From positions 1-63,044 of the forward strand of contig CAYYXK010000003.1 of assembly GCA_964475625.1 (NCBI GenBank): 63,044 bases of DNA, read 5' to 3'. The DNA is from an uncultured Thermoplasmata archaeon. Lineage in GTDB: Archaea; Thermoplasmatota; Thermoplasmata; WALJ01. A model generated the notes under the pieces. It was not told the DNA's origin and did no database searches. It saw only the letters and a program-made list of their open reading frames with translations. A program made the translations under genes and the position numbers. Below are positions 13,778 through 22,728 of the stretch, piece after piece (the first letter of the stretch is position 1; every line of letters starts with the position of its first letter).

Positions 13778-15443
13778 GCACGGTTATCCCGAGAGTTCGC
13801 ATACCGTTCCCGATGACTTTTCTGAAAGCATCCGTGAGGGTGAGTCTGGAATCCCTTTCTTCGGCATTCAGTACGGGGTAATCCCTGTAGAAATCGTTGA
13901 ATGCGGAGGCAAGTCCCCGGAGGTATGAAGCGAGCATATGCGGCTTCTTCTTCTCTGCCGCTTCCTCTATAACGGAGGGGTACTCGGACATCTTCATCAG
14001 AAGGGCCCATTCGCCGTCTTCCTTTGCGGAGAAGACCCTCTCAAAAGCTCCGGCCTTCCGTATTATGCTCGATGCACGGGCATAGGAATATTGGATGAAC
14101 GGAGCGCTCTCTCCCTCGAAGTTAAGTGCATCCTCCCATTTGAAGACCATCCTTTTCTCGGGCTGGACCCTGATTATGTTGTACCTTATGGCCGATATGC
14201 CCACGGCTTCGGCTATCTTTCTCATCTCCTCCTCGGAAAGGTCGTCTCTCCTCTTTTTCACCTCCTCGTAGGCTCTGTCAACGGCCTCGTCCATAAGGTC
14301 GTCGAGGTAGACCACCCTTCCTTTCCTAGTGCTCATTCGCCCTTCGGGAAGCCCGACGAAGGCATAGAAGAGCACATCGGGTTTTTTATGCCCAAGAATA
14401 TCCAGCATTATGGAAACCGCTTTTGACTGCAAACCGTGGTCCTCTCCGAGAACATCGAGCATGATATCCGAGCGATTTCCCTTATCGATATGATATGCCA
14501 CATCTCTCGTGGAATAGAGACTGGTACCGTCAGAGCGCGCGATGAAGAATCTGGTATCTTTTCCCGATATACCGTAATCCGCAAGGTCGATGTAGAGGGC
14601 TCCGCTTTCGTCCTTTTTCAGCACTCCCTTTGCCTCCAAGCCTTCTATGACTTCATCCACCTTTCCTGAGAATACGATATCGGATTCATAAGCGAGATTG
14701 TCCAGTTCTATTCCGAGCCTTTTAAGACTGGCCAGTATGCCGAACATCATCTCATCCACGGTCTTCCTCACATTCTCCCTTATCTCGGCATCACCATTTT
14801 CATACCTTCGTATCCAATCGGATATGCTTTCTTTCGCTTTTTCATCGCTATCCATCAGTTCATTGACCTTCTGATAGTGTTTTACATAGAGATAGTCCGC
14901 TCTCTCGTCCTTCGCCGCTCCGAATCTATCAACACCCCATGCCACCATGACGGCCTGCTTTCCCATATCGTCCACATAGTATTCCGTCTGAACATCATAG
15001 CCAGCGGCCCTCATTATTCCGGCCATGGTGTCTCCTATTATCGGATTTCTCGCCCTGCCGACATGAAGTGGGCCGGTAGGGTTCGCACTGGTATGCTCAA
15101 GAAGGACCCTTTCCTTTCTTTCAGGGGAGAAGAACGAGCCCTCATCTATGGCGGAAAGGAAGAGCTTCGCGAACCCATCCCTGTCAAAGATGAAATTGAT
15201 GTAAGGTCCCTGTGCGGAGACCGAGGCCACCAGTTCATTGGGTTCGAAGCCATCCGCAAGTGCGGCGGCTACCTCGACAGGATTCCTTTTCACCGCTTTC
15301 GCTATCCTGAAGCAGGGGACTGCGGCATCCCCTTTTCCCTCTGGAGCGGGCTGTATGTCCAGAGCCCCGTCGTAACCCAGTTCCTTCAGCCCTTTTTCAA
15401 TCGATTCTTTGATAGAAGAACGGACCTCGTCACTCACTTTCAT
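13764..15443 (-). CDS. argS: Arginyl-tRNA synthetase
   Basis: HTSANPTGPLHVGRARNPIIGD (HIGH-type motif), an ArgRS N-terminal domain, and a C-terminal anticodon-binding domain ending in ...LERM. I prefer the MKVSDEV start at 15443 over the track start at 15485. Confidence 0.92.
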   Translation of the reverse strand: MKVSDEVRSSIKESIEKGLKELGYDGALDIQPAPEGKGDAAVPCFRIAKAVKRNPVEVAAALADGFEPNELVASVSAQGPYINFIFDRDGFAKLFLSAIDEGSFFSPERKERVLLEHTSANPTGPLHVGRARNPIIGDTMAGIMRAAGYDVQTEYYVDDMGKQAVMVAWGVDRFGAAKDERADYLYVKHYQKVNELMDSDEKAKESISDWIRRYENGDAEIRENVRKTVDEMMFGILASLKRLGIELDNLAYESDIVFSGKVDEVIEGLEAKGVLKKDESGALYIDLADYGISGKDTRFFIARSDGTSLYSTRDVAYHIDKGNRSDIMLDVLGEDHGLQSKAVSIMLDILGHKKPDVLFYAFVGLPEGRMSTRKGRVVYLDDLMDEAVDRAYEEVKKRRDDLSEEEMRKIAEAVGISAIRYNIIRVQPEKRMVFKWEDALNFEGESAPFIQYSYARASSIIRKAGAFERVFSAKEDGEWALLMKMSEYPSVIEEAAEKKKPHMLASYLRGLASAFNDFYRDYPVLNAEERDSRLTLTDAFRKVIGNGMRTLGITVLERM

Positions 15444-16053
15444 CCTCACCCGTCTCCTCGTATTCTTCATCATATTCCTCATCATCCGGTTCGGGTCTTT
15501 CCTTTTCCTCGTAATAAACGCCCATCTCAGCGATCTTTATATCCATTCTCCTGCGCTCCAGATATCTGTAGACCGTCGAATGCTCGCTGCCGCTGAGAAG
15601 CATTACGACAGCGTTCTTCGCTATGTCCATCTCAAGGAAATCTCCGATTATTCCCACTGTGTTCCCGTAAACCGAGACATCCGCACCGCTCATTTCCTCT
15701 ATAAGGCTCCTGGTCTTCCCTTTGGTGCCTATGACACGCCCTCTCAGGCGATTAACAGCGTTCTTCTTCTTCCCCGAGAAATCACGGATGTCCATTATTT
15801 CGAGATAGACATCATCCTCCATGAGTCGCATCGCCTTTTCCGGTGAAAATCCCCTCCCCATGGCCCGAATTATGTTCACAGCCTTCATTCCGTTCAGGGG
15901 GTCCTCCGCCTCGGACTCGTCTATGCTTACCTCTCCGTCCTTCGAATCGATGTAGATATGCACCCCGGTCCTCTTTTCCAGAATGCTCTTTGTCCTTCCC
16001 TCTTTTCCTATAATCACTGCGACCCTGTCTCTTGGAACCCTGACATAGTACAT
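15430..16053 (-). CDS. KH-domain RNA-binding protein (archaeal Dim2/Pno1-like) with acidic tail
   Basis: Two KH-like units (VIIGKEGRTKSILE, RVIGTKGKTRSLIE). Sits in the conserved archaeal aIF1A-Rio1-KH gene order. Confidence 0.8.
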   Translation of the reverse strand: MYYVRVPRDRVAVIIGKEGRTKSILEKRTGVHIYIDSKDGEVSIDESEAEDPLNGMKAVNIIRAMGRGFSPEKAMRLMEDDVYLEIMDIRDFSGKKKNAVNRLRGRVIGTKGKTRSLIEEMSGADVSVYGNTVGIIGDFLEMDIAKNAVVMLLSGSEHSTVYRYLERRRMDIKIAEMGVYYEEKERPEPDDEEYDEEYEETGEDESE

Positions 16054-16815
16054 CTAATCCCTCACTCTCTTCATAATATCGTCCTCATCCCTTTCGATAC
16101 CTTTCTTTCCGAAATACCTCACAACATTTCTGACATCCCTTTCAAGGAGTTCCGCAGATGCCGGGTGTTTCAGGTGTACCGCCTGCGAAACATCGATGAG
16201 CACGAACTCGTCTCCGTTCGCCAGTATGTTGTACTCACTGATGTCGCCGTGCACCAGTTTGGCATCCGTATACATCTTCCTCATGGCATCGACTATGAAA
16301 TCGAAACCCTTTCGGACATCGAAATCCACATCTTTTATGAGGGGGGCGGGCTGTTCTTCGGTTCCTATGTATTCCATGATAAGCACATTGTCCTTCTGAG
16401 CGATGGGTATCGGAACCCTGATACCGGAACCCACCATTCTTTCAAGGTTGTTGAATTCCTTCATCGCCCACCGGTAGACCAGCCTTCTGTGGTCGTGCGT
16501 TATCCCTTTGAATCTGGGGTCGCCTTCTATGTAGGACCTCATCTTCCTGAAGTTCCCGGTGGCGATACGATATATCTTGACAGCCACCATCCGCCCCTTC
16601 TTGTCCCTTCCTCTGAAGACATTTCCCTCTTTTCCCGTGGATATAGGAAAATCAAGGGCATCAACATACCCCCGGCTCATCAGATAGTAGATGGACATCA
16701 CGGTGGAATTGTCGAAGACCTCTCCGGCGGTCTTTCTGTCTATGTCCAGAAAATCTCTCCTGACCGACTGCGAAAGTCTCGATTCGACGTATTCCACGGC
16801 TTCTTCATACTTCAT
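16054..16815 (-). CDS. rio1: RIO-type serine/threonine protein kinase Rio1
   Basis: STGKEGNVF ATP-binding loop, HGDISEYNIL catalytic loop and LIDVSQAV metal-binding loop. Confidence 0.9.
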   Translation of the reverse strand: MKYEEAVEYVESRLSQSVRRDFLDIDRKTAGEVFDNSTVMSIYYLMSRGYVDALDFPISTGKEGNVFRGRDKKGRMVAVKIYRIATGNFRKMRSYIEGDPRFKGITHDHRRLVYRWAMKEFNNLERMVGSGIRVPIPIAQKDNVLIMEYIGTEEQPAPLIKDVDFDVRKGFDFIVDAMRKMYTDAKLVHGDISEYNILANGDEFVLIDVSQAVHLKHPASAELLERDVRNVVRYFGKKGIERDEDDIMKRVRD

Positions 16816-16817
16816 GT

Positions 16818-17132
16818 TCAGAATACATCCAGAACAGGCGGTATATAGCCCTTTCTTTTCATAACATGAACCTGATTTCCGGTATAGCGGTATATTATGT
16901 CCGCCTTTTCAGGCTGGAAGTCCCATGGCTTCACTATCAGCAGGTCTCCTTCACGGACCCACATCCTTTTCCTGAACCTGCCGGGTATTCTCCCCATGCG
17001 GGAAACGCCGTCTTCGCAGACGATATCTATGTGGCTCGCACCGTTCAGCTTGTGCGCTATCGCCATCATCTCTCCTTTGTGTTTTTTGGGGAGCGGAAAC
17101 CTCACTACTTCTTCGGGATTGTCGTCGGTCAC
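16818..17132 (-). CDS. eif1a: Translation initiation factor aIF-1A
   Basis: 104 aa with S1-like OB fold. RIPGRFRKRMWVREGDLLIVKPWDFQ is a typical aIF-1A sequence. Confidence 0.9.
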   Translation of the reverse strand: MTDDNPEEVVRFPLPKKHKGEMMAIAHKLNGASHIDIVCEDGVSRMGRIPGRFRKRMWVREGDLLIVKPWDFQPEKADIIYRYTGNQVHVMKRKGYIPPVLDVF

Positions 17133-17157
17133 GTTTATCCTTCATCTCTCTTGTTTC

Positions 17158-17220
17158 TCATATATAAAGGTGTCTATACCTTTCTCAGGACGATATCCGT
17201 GCGATAAAGAATATATACAC
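17158..17220. promoter_or_regulatory. Divergent promoter region with two TATA-like boxes
   Basis: TATATAAA at 17161-17168 lies ~30 nt upstream of the aIF-1A start on the minus strand. AATATATA at 17209-17216 lies ~45 nt upstream of the kptA ATG. Positions only; no transcription start site data. Confidence 0.35.
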
Positions 17221-17259
17221 CCTCCGGTTCGTGAGGAAAAACCACAAGAGAGTGAGAAA

Positions 17260-18072
17260 ATGATAAGGCAGTGTGAGGAACACGGCTACTTCAGAGGAGA
17301 GCTGTGCCCGGTATGTGGAAAGGAAGGGAAGTTCATTCTCAACGATTATGAGACAGAGCGTCTGGGGAAGACCTTAGCCGGAGCGCTCCGCCACTTTCCC
17401 GAGAAGTTCGACCTGACGATGGACCCCAAAGGATGGGTGGATGTCAGACAGTTCGTCAATGCGGTGCGGTCAAGGCAGAGAAGGTTCAAATGGCTGAGGC
17501 CCTACCACATAGTGGCTCTGATAACAACGGACCCGAAAGGCAGGTATCAGTACAAGGACGGATACATAAGGGCGACATACGGGCATACGATAGATGTCGA
17601 CCTCGACCTGCCAACGGACGATATACCGGACATATTGTACTATCCGGCAACGGAAGAGGAGAAAGAATTCCTTCTGGAAACCGGTCTCAAGCCTGCCAGC
17701 CGGGCATTTGTACATCTGAGCGCGACACTTGAATCCGCAGTGGAGGCCGGAAAGGTGAGGACACCGAGACCCGTCGTATTCGAGATAGATGTTCCTTCTG
17801 CAACCGTCACCGGTGTGGAGATAATGCGCTCCGCACCGAACATATTCATAACAAAGGAGGTGCCTCCCGAGTTTCTCAAGGAGATTGAGGTACCGGAGGA
17901 GCTTCTGGAAGTGGAAGAGGATGTACCGCAGGAAGTCAAAGATGCGGAAGAAGAGACCGGTGAAAGCGTGGATGAAGAGGATATAGGCAACAAAGAGGCC
18001 GAGGAAGAAGAGGAAGAGCCCGAGAAATCCGAAGAGGAGATCAAAGAAGGGACGGAAGATACGGAAGATTGA
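17260..18072 (+). CDS. kptA: RNA 2'-phosphotransferase (Tpt1/KptA) with N-terminal Zn-ribbon and long acidic tail
   Basis: CEEHGYFRGELCPVCG, then LRHFPEKFDL...GWVDV...KGRYQYKDGYIRATYGHTI. The track start at 16897 is antisense to aIF-1A and is rejected. Confidence 0.85.
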   Translation: MIRQCEEHGYFRGELCPVCGKEGKFILNDYETERLGKTLAGALRHFPEKFDLTMDPKGWVDVRQFVNAVRSRQRRFKWLRPYHIVALITTDPKGRYQYKDGYIRATYGHTIDVDLDLPTDDIPDILYYPATEEEKEFLLETGLKPASRAFVHLSATLESAVEAGKVRTPRPVVFEIDVPSATVTGVEIMRSAPNIFITKEVPPEFLKEIEVPEELLEVEEDVPQEVKDAEEETGESVDEEDIGNKEAEEEEEEPEKSEEEIKEGTEDTED

Positions 18073-18110
18073 TAAGTAACGGAGCTATATATGGCAAAGA
18101 CGGTGGTAAA

Positions 18111-19238
18111 ATGACAAAAGCGTCGCTTATAAAAGTAAGGGATTTTCTGGAGAAGAAGTATGAGAAAATAGAGGGGGATGAGCCGTTATCCACCCTCATA
18201 GGAAAGCTCAGGAAGAAGGACACGCAGGAAGCAGTCGTTATGGATGGGAAGAGGCCCGTAGGAGTGATAAGTTCGGACATACTCATGAAGAGGGGAAACC
18301 TTCCGATGAATGCCAAGGTGGAGCACCTTATGGTGACACCTCCGGTACTCAGTCCGGACAACGACTTCATAGAGACATGCGAAGTGATGTTCAGTTCCGG
18401 ATTGAGGCTTTGCCCGGTGGAAGAGCGGGGGAAGCTCGTGGGTGTGGTTACAAGACGGTCCATAATGAGAATCGTACCGAACGTGGATGAAATCGCCACT
18501 ATAAAGGCGAAGGAAGTCATGAGCCGGAATCCGGTGGTGGTCAACGAATTCGATGACATCATGAAGGTAAAGAGCATAATGAACACACACGACATCAAGG
18601 CCGTCCCCGTGGTCAACGAGGAAGGGGAGTTGATCGGAGTCGTCGGCATAAAGGATATCGCCATGATTCTTATGCGCGATAAGGACCGCACCACACAGGG
18701 AGATGCGGCAGGCAACAAAGAGCGCGTCAGAATACCCGTTAAGAGCATAATGCACACCCATCCGATCTTTGTCGGTCAGGGTGAGACACTGGGAGAGATA
18801 GCCAAGCTGATGGTAGAGAACAAGATAGGCGGAATAATAATCACCGAAGGAAAGAAACCGGTGGGCATAGTACATCAGATAGACATAATCGAAACAGGTG
18901 CCAATCTCGCACCACGTGAGGGACTATACGTTCAGATATCCGGTGTCGACGAGATAGGTGATGTTTACGAGGAGATGTATGAACTCATAGAGAAATCGAT
19001 GAAGAAGATAGTGGAGATAATTCCCCCTCGCATACTCAACGTTCACATCGTTCATCACCACAACCACGAGGGCATAAATTATACGGTAAGGCTCAGAATG
19101 ACCACCGAGAAGAAGACCTATTATGCATCTCAGGACGATTGGAATCTCTTCAGGGCGCTTGCCATGGCCCTTGAGGACCTCGAGAGACAGGTGAAGAAGG
19201 ACAAGGAGAAGAGCAGGGATGCCAGAAGGAAACCCTGA
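18111..19238 (+). CDS. Four CBS domains fused to a C-terminal HPF/RaiA-like (S30AE) domain
   Basis: Four CBS units are recognisable. The last 104 aa (LYVQISGVDEIGDVYEEMYELIEKSMKKIVE...NVHIVHHH...YTVRLRM...YYASQDDWNLFRALAMALEDLERQVKK) align by eye over the whole length of E. coli HPF. Start ATG at 18111 follows GGTGG. Confidence 0.7.
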   Translation: MTKASLIKVRDFLEKKYEKIEGDEPLSTLIGKLRKKDTQEAVVMDGKRPVGVISSDILMKRGNLPMNAKVEHLMVTPPVLSPDNDFIETCEVMFSSGLRLCPVEERGKLVGVVTRRSIMRIVPNVDEIATIKAKEVMSRNPVVVNEFDDIMKVKSIMNTHDIKAVPVVNEEGELIGVVGIKDIAMILMRDKDRTTQGDAAGNKERVRIPVKSIMHTHPIFVGQGETLGEIAKLMVENKIGGIIITEGKKPVGIVHQIDIIETGANLAPREGLYVQISGVDEIGDVYEEMYELIEKSMKKIVEIIPPRILNVHIVHHHNHEGINYTVRLRMTTEKKTYYASQDDWNLFRALAMALEDLERQVKKDKEKSRDARRKP

Positions 19239-19629
19239 GATAATGGGCACATCTCCCGTCCATGACCCGGAGGCCATACTCTCATCCATAGGCCCGGACA
19301 TAATCGTTGATGCTTCGGTGGTATGCGGAAGAGCCCACATCCTTTCCTCCTATTTTCGAGCCGTGAGGAATGCGGAGCGCGAAACCGCCAAGGGAAGCAG
19401 TCTTGCCACCGAGTTCTTCAGGCAGATAACCGGAGAGCGGCAGGTGTCCGCGGCAATAAAGAAGGCGAGGATAAAGGAAGGAAACCCTGCCGTGATACTG
19501 ACCTACCACAACCCGGAAGAGGTGCTTAAAAGGCTCGGACTGGAAAGGGACGACTCCGCACTTCGATGTGATGGCGAGCACTGCGAGGAAGAATGCCTTG
19601 AAAGGAGCGCTCTGGTGGAGATACTCTGA
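19219..19629 (+). CDS. cgi121: KEOPS complex subunit Cgi121
   Basis: About 130 aa. The pattern ...ILSSYFRAVRNAERETAKGSSLATEFFRQITGERQVSAAIK... and the ALVEIL C-terminus are typical of archaeal Cgi121. The start could be 19243. Confidence 0.6.
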   Translation: MPEGNPEIMGTSPVHDPEAILSSIGPDIIVDASVVCGRAHILSSYFRAVRNAERETAKGSSLATEFFRQITGERQVSAAIKKARIKEGNPAVILTYHNPEEVLKRLGLERDDSALRCDGEHCEEECLERSALVEIL

Positions 19630-20216
19630 CCTTCATAGTCATTGACGGGATAGATGGCTGCGGAAAGAGCAGCCATGCGAGATCTCTCGTGAGATATCTC
19701 AGGTCCATCGGAAGAGATGCCATATTCCTGAAGGAGCCAACTACCGAGAGCTCTGCCGGAAAAATGCTCATGGAGGCCCTGAAAAGCGGGAACCGTCCTT
19801 CTCCCGAGGAAGAACTGCGCCTGTTCATAGAGGACAGGAGATGGGATGTGGAGAACCGCATACTGCCTGCCCTGAAAGATGGAAAGGACATAGTGATGGA
19901 CCGCTATTACTACAGCACCATGGCGTATCAGGGCGCAAGGGGAATGGACATCGGGAAGATACGGAAGATGAACGACTTCGCACCGGTGCCCGACATAGTG
20001 ATAATACTTGACATAGAGCCTGAAACAGCGTGGGAGCGCATAAGCAGGCGGGGAAACGACAATTACTTCGAAAAACTCGATTATCTCGGAAAGGTCAGGG
20101 AGATATTCCTTTCCATGTCGGATATACCGGAAGTCAGGATAATCGATTCATCCGGATCGTTTGAGAGTACAAAGAAGAAGATAATCGCCACTCTGAAGAA
20201 AGAATTCGGTATCTAG
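19626..20216 (+). CDS. tmk: Thymidylate kinase, with no canonical start codon upstream of the P-loop
   Basis: The P-loop FIVIDGIDGCGKSS is encoded at 19632-19673, upstream of the first ATG/GTG/TTG at 19689. The frame is open only from 19602 and contains no ATG/GTG/TTG before the P-loop. CTG at 19626 overlaps the cgi121 stop. Confidence 0.75.
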   Translation: MTFIVIDGIDGCGKSSHARSLVRYLRSIGRDAIFLKEPTTESSAGKMLMEALKSGNRPSPEEELRLFIEDRRWDVENRILPALKDGKDIVMDRYYYSTMAYQGARGMDIGKIRKMNDFAPVPDIVIILDIEPETAWERISRRGNDNYFEKLDYLGKVREIFLSMSDIPEVRIIDSSGSFESTKKKIIATLKKEFGI

Positions 20217-21166
20217 GAGCGTTTGGTTTTTTTCAGAAGAAATACCAGAGGTACAAATGCAATTAAGATAGCATCACCGCATGTGTTCCTTTCAGCGTAT
20301 ATCACACTTATCCTATCAACCACACGCCCTTCATAGACAAGGGTCAGATTGGTTTCACAGCAGGACGGACCGTAGATATCATAATCTTCGTCCGCATAGC
20401 TACAGTTATACCGGCAATGTATATCCACATCGAATTCAGTGGTTTCGCCGCCTTTAAGAACACCTATATGATATATTGTGCTTCCATTATCCACCACATA
20501 TATGTCTCTGGCAGGGAGTATTCCATAATTAACGACACTCAAGTCAGCCGCCGCCGTATCATTGCTTATATAATAGAAATTCGGTGTCGATGAATCACGG
20601 TAAAATTCAACATCCGGTTGCATTATGGGATATATCATATTCAGATTTGCAATGACAATCACTATCACAATAAACAGGAAAACACTACATAGTTTATGTT
20701 TTTTTAGTGTATTTTTGATGTTCATTCCCGACGACCTGAAGGATAGTGCGAAAACAATTACCGGGAGGAAAACGCATGAAAAAAGCAGGATCAGGGTGTC
20801 CAGAAAAATAATATAGTATGTATCTATATATTTATATAACACTGAGATTGGTGTGATTATCAAAAGAAGCAGAAGAAGTCTAAGATGATACCTGTGTTTT
20901 CGGTCTTTCATCATTTCCAGAAAAGAAGCATTCCTTTTCTGTTTTCCCATAAATTCGGCATAGACAATGACAATTACAGAAAGAAATGAGGTGATTAAAA
21001 ACAACGGAGCAAAAAAGTCCAAAACCGGAAAAGTCGTTTTTCCAGAAAAATGATCTCTTAAATCTTCTATAAAAACAATAGAACACAAAGATAGAATAAA
21101 CCACAACATATCCAAGATGAGAAAGGATGTCCGAATACCCCCGACCTTTTTATCCTCACTTTGCAC
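20213..21166 (-). CDS. Hypothetical polytopic membrane protein with Cys-rich extracytoplasmic domain and C-terminal TM anchor
   Basis: 317 aa, markedly AT-rich. About 6 TM helices, then a beta-rich domain with 7 Cys (HCRYNCSY...GPSCCETN...NTCGD) and a terminal helix. Confidence 0.5.
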   Translation of the reverse strand: MQSEDKKVGGIRTSFLILDMLWFILSLCSIVFIEDLRDHFSGKTTFPVLDFFAPLFLITSFLSVIVIVYAEFMGKQKRNASFLEMMKDRKHRYHLRLLLLLLIITPISVLYKYIDTYYIIFLDTLILLFSCVFLPVIVFALSFRSSGMNIKNTLKKHKLCSVFLFIVIVIVIANLNMIYPIMQPDVEFYRDSSTPNFYYISNDTAAADLSVVNYGILPARDIYVVDNGSTIYHIGVLKGGETTEFDVDIHCRYNCSYADEDYDIYGPSCCETNLTLVYEGRVVDRISVIYAERNTCGDAILIAFVPLVFLLKKTKRS

Positions 21167-21225
21167 GGATAAGATATGTGATAGCCGGTATTAATAATTT
21201 ATCATCATCTCTCAGGCTATGTTTC

Positions 21226-21831
21226 TCATTCGCTGATTCCCAGCATTTTTTCCACATTCTTCCTGTTCTTTGCCACGGATTCCTCCACATTCCTGTATAT
21301 GCTGTTACCGTGGGAATCTATCCCGACCACCAGCGGCCCCAGCTCTTCGGCTTCGAGTATCCATATCGCTTCCGGCATCCCGAACTCGAACCATTCGACA
21401 CCGTGCACCTTTTTGAAGGCCGCTGCTGCAAGTGCCGCCGCTCCGCCGGTCATGGCCAGATACACCGCACCGTGCTTTTTCATCGATTCAACGGTTGGTT
21501 CGGACATCCCGCCTTTTCCGATTATCGCACGGACTCCGAAGCGCTCTATGAATTCCGGTTCCAGTGAATTCATCCTCGAACTGGTGGTCGGGCCGGCAGC
21601 TATAACATGCCAGTCACCCTTCTCGTCCTTTTGCATCACAGGGCCACAGTGGAACAGAACCATGTCCTTGAATTCCACGGGAGGATTCTTCCCCTCCTCC
21701 GCGAGTTCGAGCGCATGTATGTGCACCTCATCTCTTCCTGTATATATCATCCCGTTGAGGTAGACGATATCTCCGATACGTAGCTTTCTGACCTCATCCT
21801 CCTTTAGCGGTGTTGTAAGGTGGTATTCCAT
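21226..21831 (-). CDS. Class I fumarate hydratase (or tartrate dehydratase), beta subunit
   Basis: GPTTSSRM and GKGGMS motifs. Directly downstream of the alpha subunit. Confidence 0.85.
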   Translation of the reverse strand: MEYHLTTPLKEDEVRKLRIGDIVYLNGMIYTGRDEVHIHALELAEEGKNPPVEFKDMVLFHCGPVMQKDEKGDWHVIAAGPTTSSRMNSLEPEFIERFGVRAIIGKGGMSEPTVESMKKHGAVYLAMTGGAAALAAAAFKKVHGVEWFEFGMPEAIWILEAEELGPLVVGIDSHGNSIYRNVEESVAKNRKNVEKMLGISE

Positions 21832-21833
21832 CT

Positions 21834-22709
21834 TTATCCCTCCATTATCTCTGTCCTGCCGTCATCGTATATCCTCGCTCTCGCCCTTCTGCCCGTCCAG
21901 CACTGGGTGTTGACCGCAACAGGAAGGCTTGCCGTGTGGCAGTATGCATACTCGACATGCACATCAAGGACCGTGGTCTTTCCCCCAAGCCCCATGGGGC
22001 CTATGCCGGTCTCGTTCATGGCCTTCATCAGTTCGTCCTCAAGTTCTGCGATCTCTTTCTCAGGATGCCTGTCACCTATCGGCCTTAACAGGGATTCCTT
22101 CGCTATGTGCATGGCTATGTCCGATGTTCCGCCTATTCCGACACCGACAACCGTGGGTGTGCATGGCTTTCCTCCGGACCTTATGACGCAGTCCAGAACG
22201 AATTCCTTTATCCCTTTGAGGCCCTGCGAGGGCGTGAGCATCTTCATGAAGCTCATGTTCTCCGAGCCAGCACCCTTGGGGAATGCGATTATCTCGATGT
22301 AAGGGTCATCGCTCGGTATGTAGTTTATGGCAGGGATACCCTTTCCTATGTTGTTGCCGGGGTTCTTTCTCGTGATCGGGTGCACCGCATTCGGCCTGAG
22401 CGGAACCCTTTCGGTGGCTATCTCAACTCCCTTTCTTATCGCATCCTCGAAGTCCGAGAAAGAGGGTATTGACCTCAGATTACCTTTTACGAAGAAAATA
22501 TGCACTCCGGTATCCTGACACAGGGGCAGGCCGGCCTCTTTTGCAACATCTATGTTCTTCAATATCGCCTTCAACTGCATCTTGGGAACCTCGTCATCCT
22601 CCCTTTCATAGGCCTCATGGAGAGCATCCACCACATCGGGCGGGCTCCCCGTGCTTGCCTTTCTCAGAAGTTCCACCACCACATCCGTGACGGTCTCATT
22701 CGGTATCAT
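21834..22709 (-). CDS. Class I fumarate hydratase (or tartrate dehydratase), alpha subunit
   Basis: LCQDTG motif and the GVGIGGTSD segment typical of Fe-S hydro-lyases. Confidence 0.85.
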   Translation of the reverse strand: MIPNETVTDVVVELLRKASTGSPPDVVDALHEAYEREDDEVPKMQLKAILKNIDVAKEAGLPLCQDTGVHIFFVKGNLRSIPSFSDFEDAIRKGVEIATERVPLRPNAVHPITRKNPGNNIGKGIPAINYIPSDDPYIEIIAFPKGAGSENMSFMKMLTPSQGLKGIKEFVLDCVIRSGGKPCTPTVVGVGIGGTSDIAMHIAKESLLRPIGDRHPEKEIAELEDELMKAMNETGIGPMGLGGKTTVLDVHVEYAYCHTASLPVAVNTQCWTGRRARARIYDDGRTEIMEG

Positions 22710-22728
22710 ATGCCGGTATCAGTGAAGG

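Noticed and set aside
16897-17259. N-terminal extension of the kptA ORF in the track (start 16897)
   Set aside because: The extension runs antisense through aIF-1A and the promoter region and has no KptA similarity. MIRQCEEHGYF at 17260 is the plausible start.
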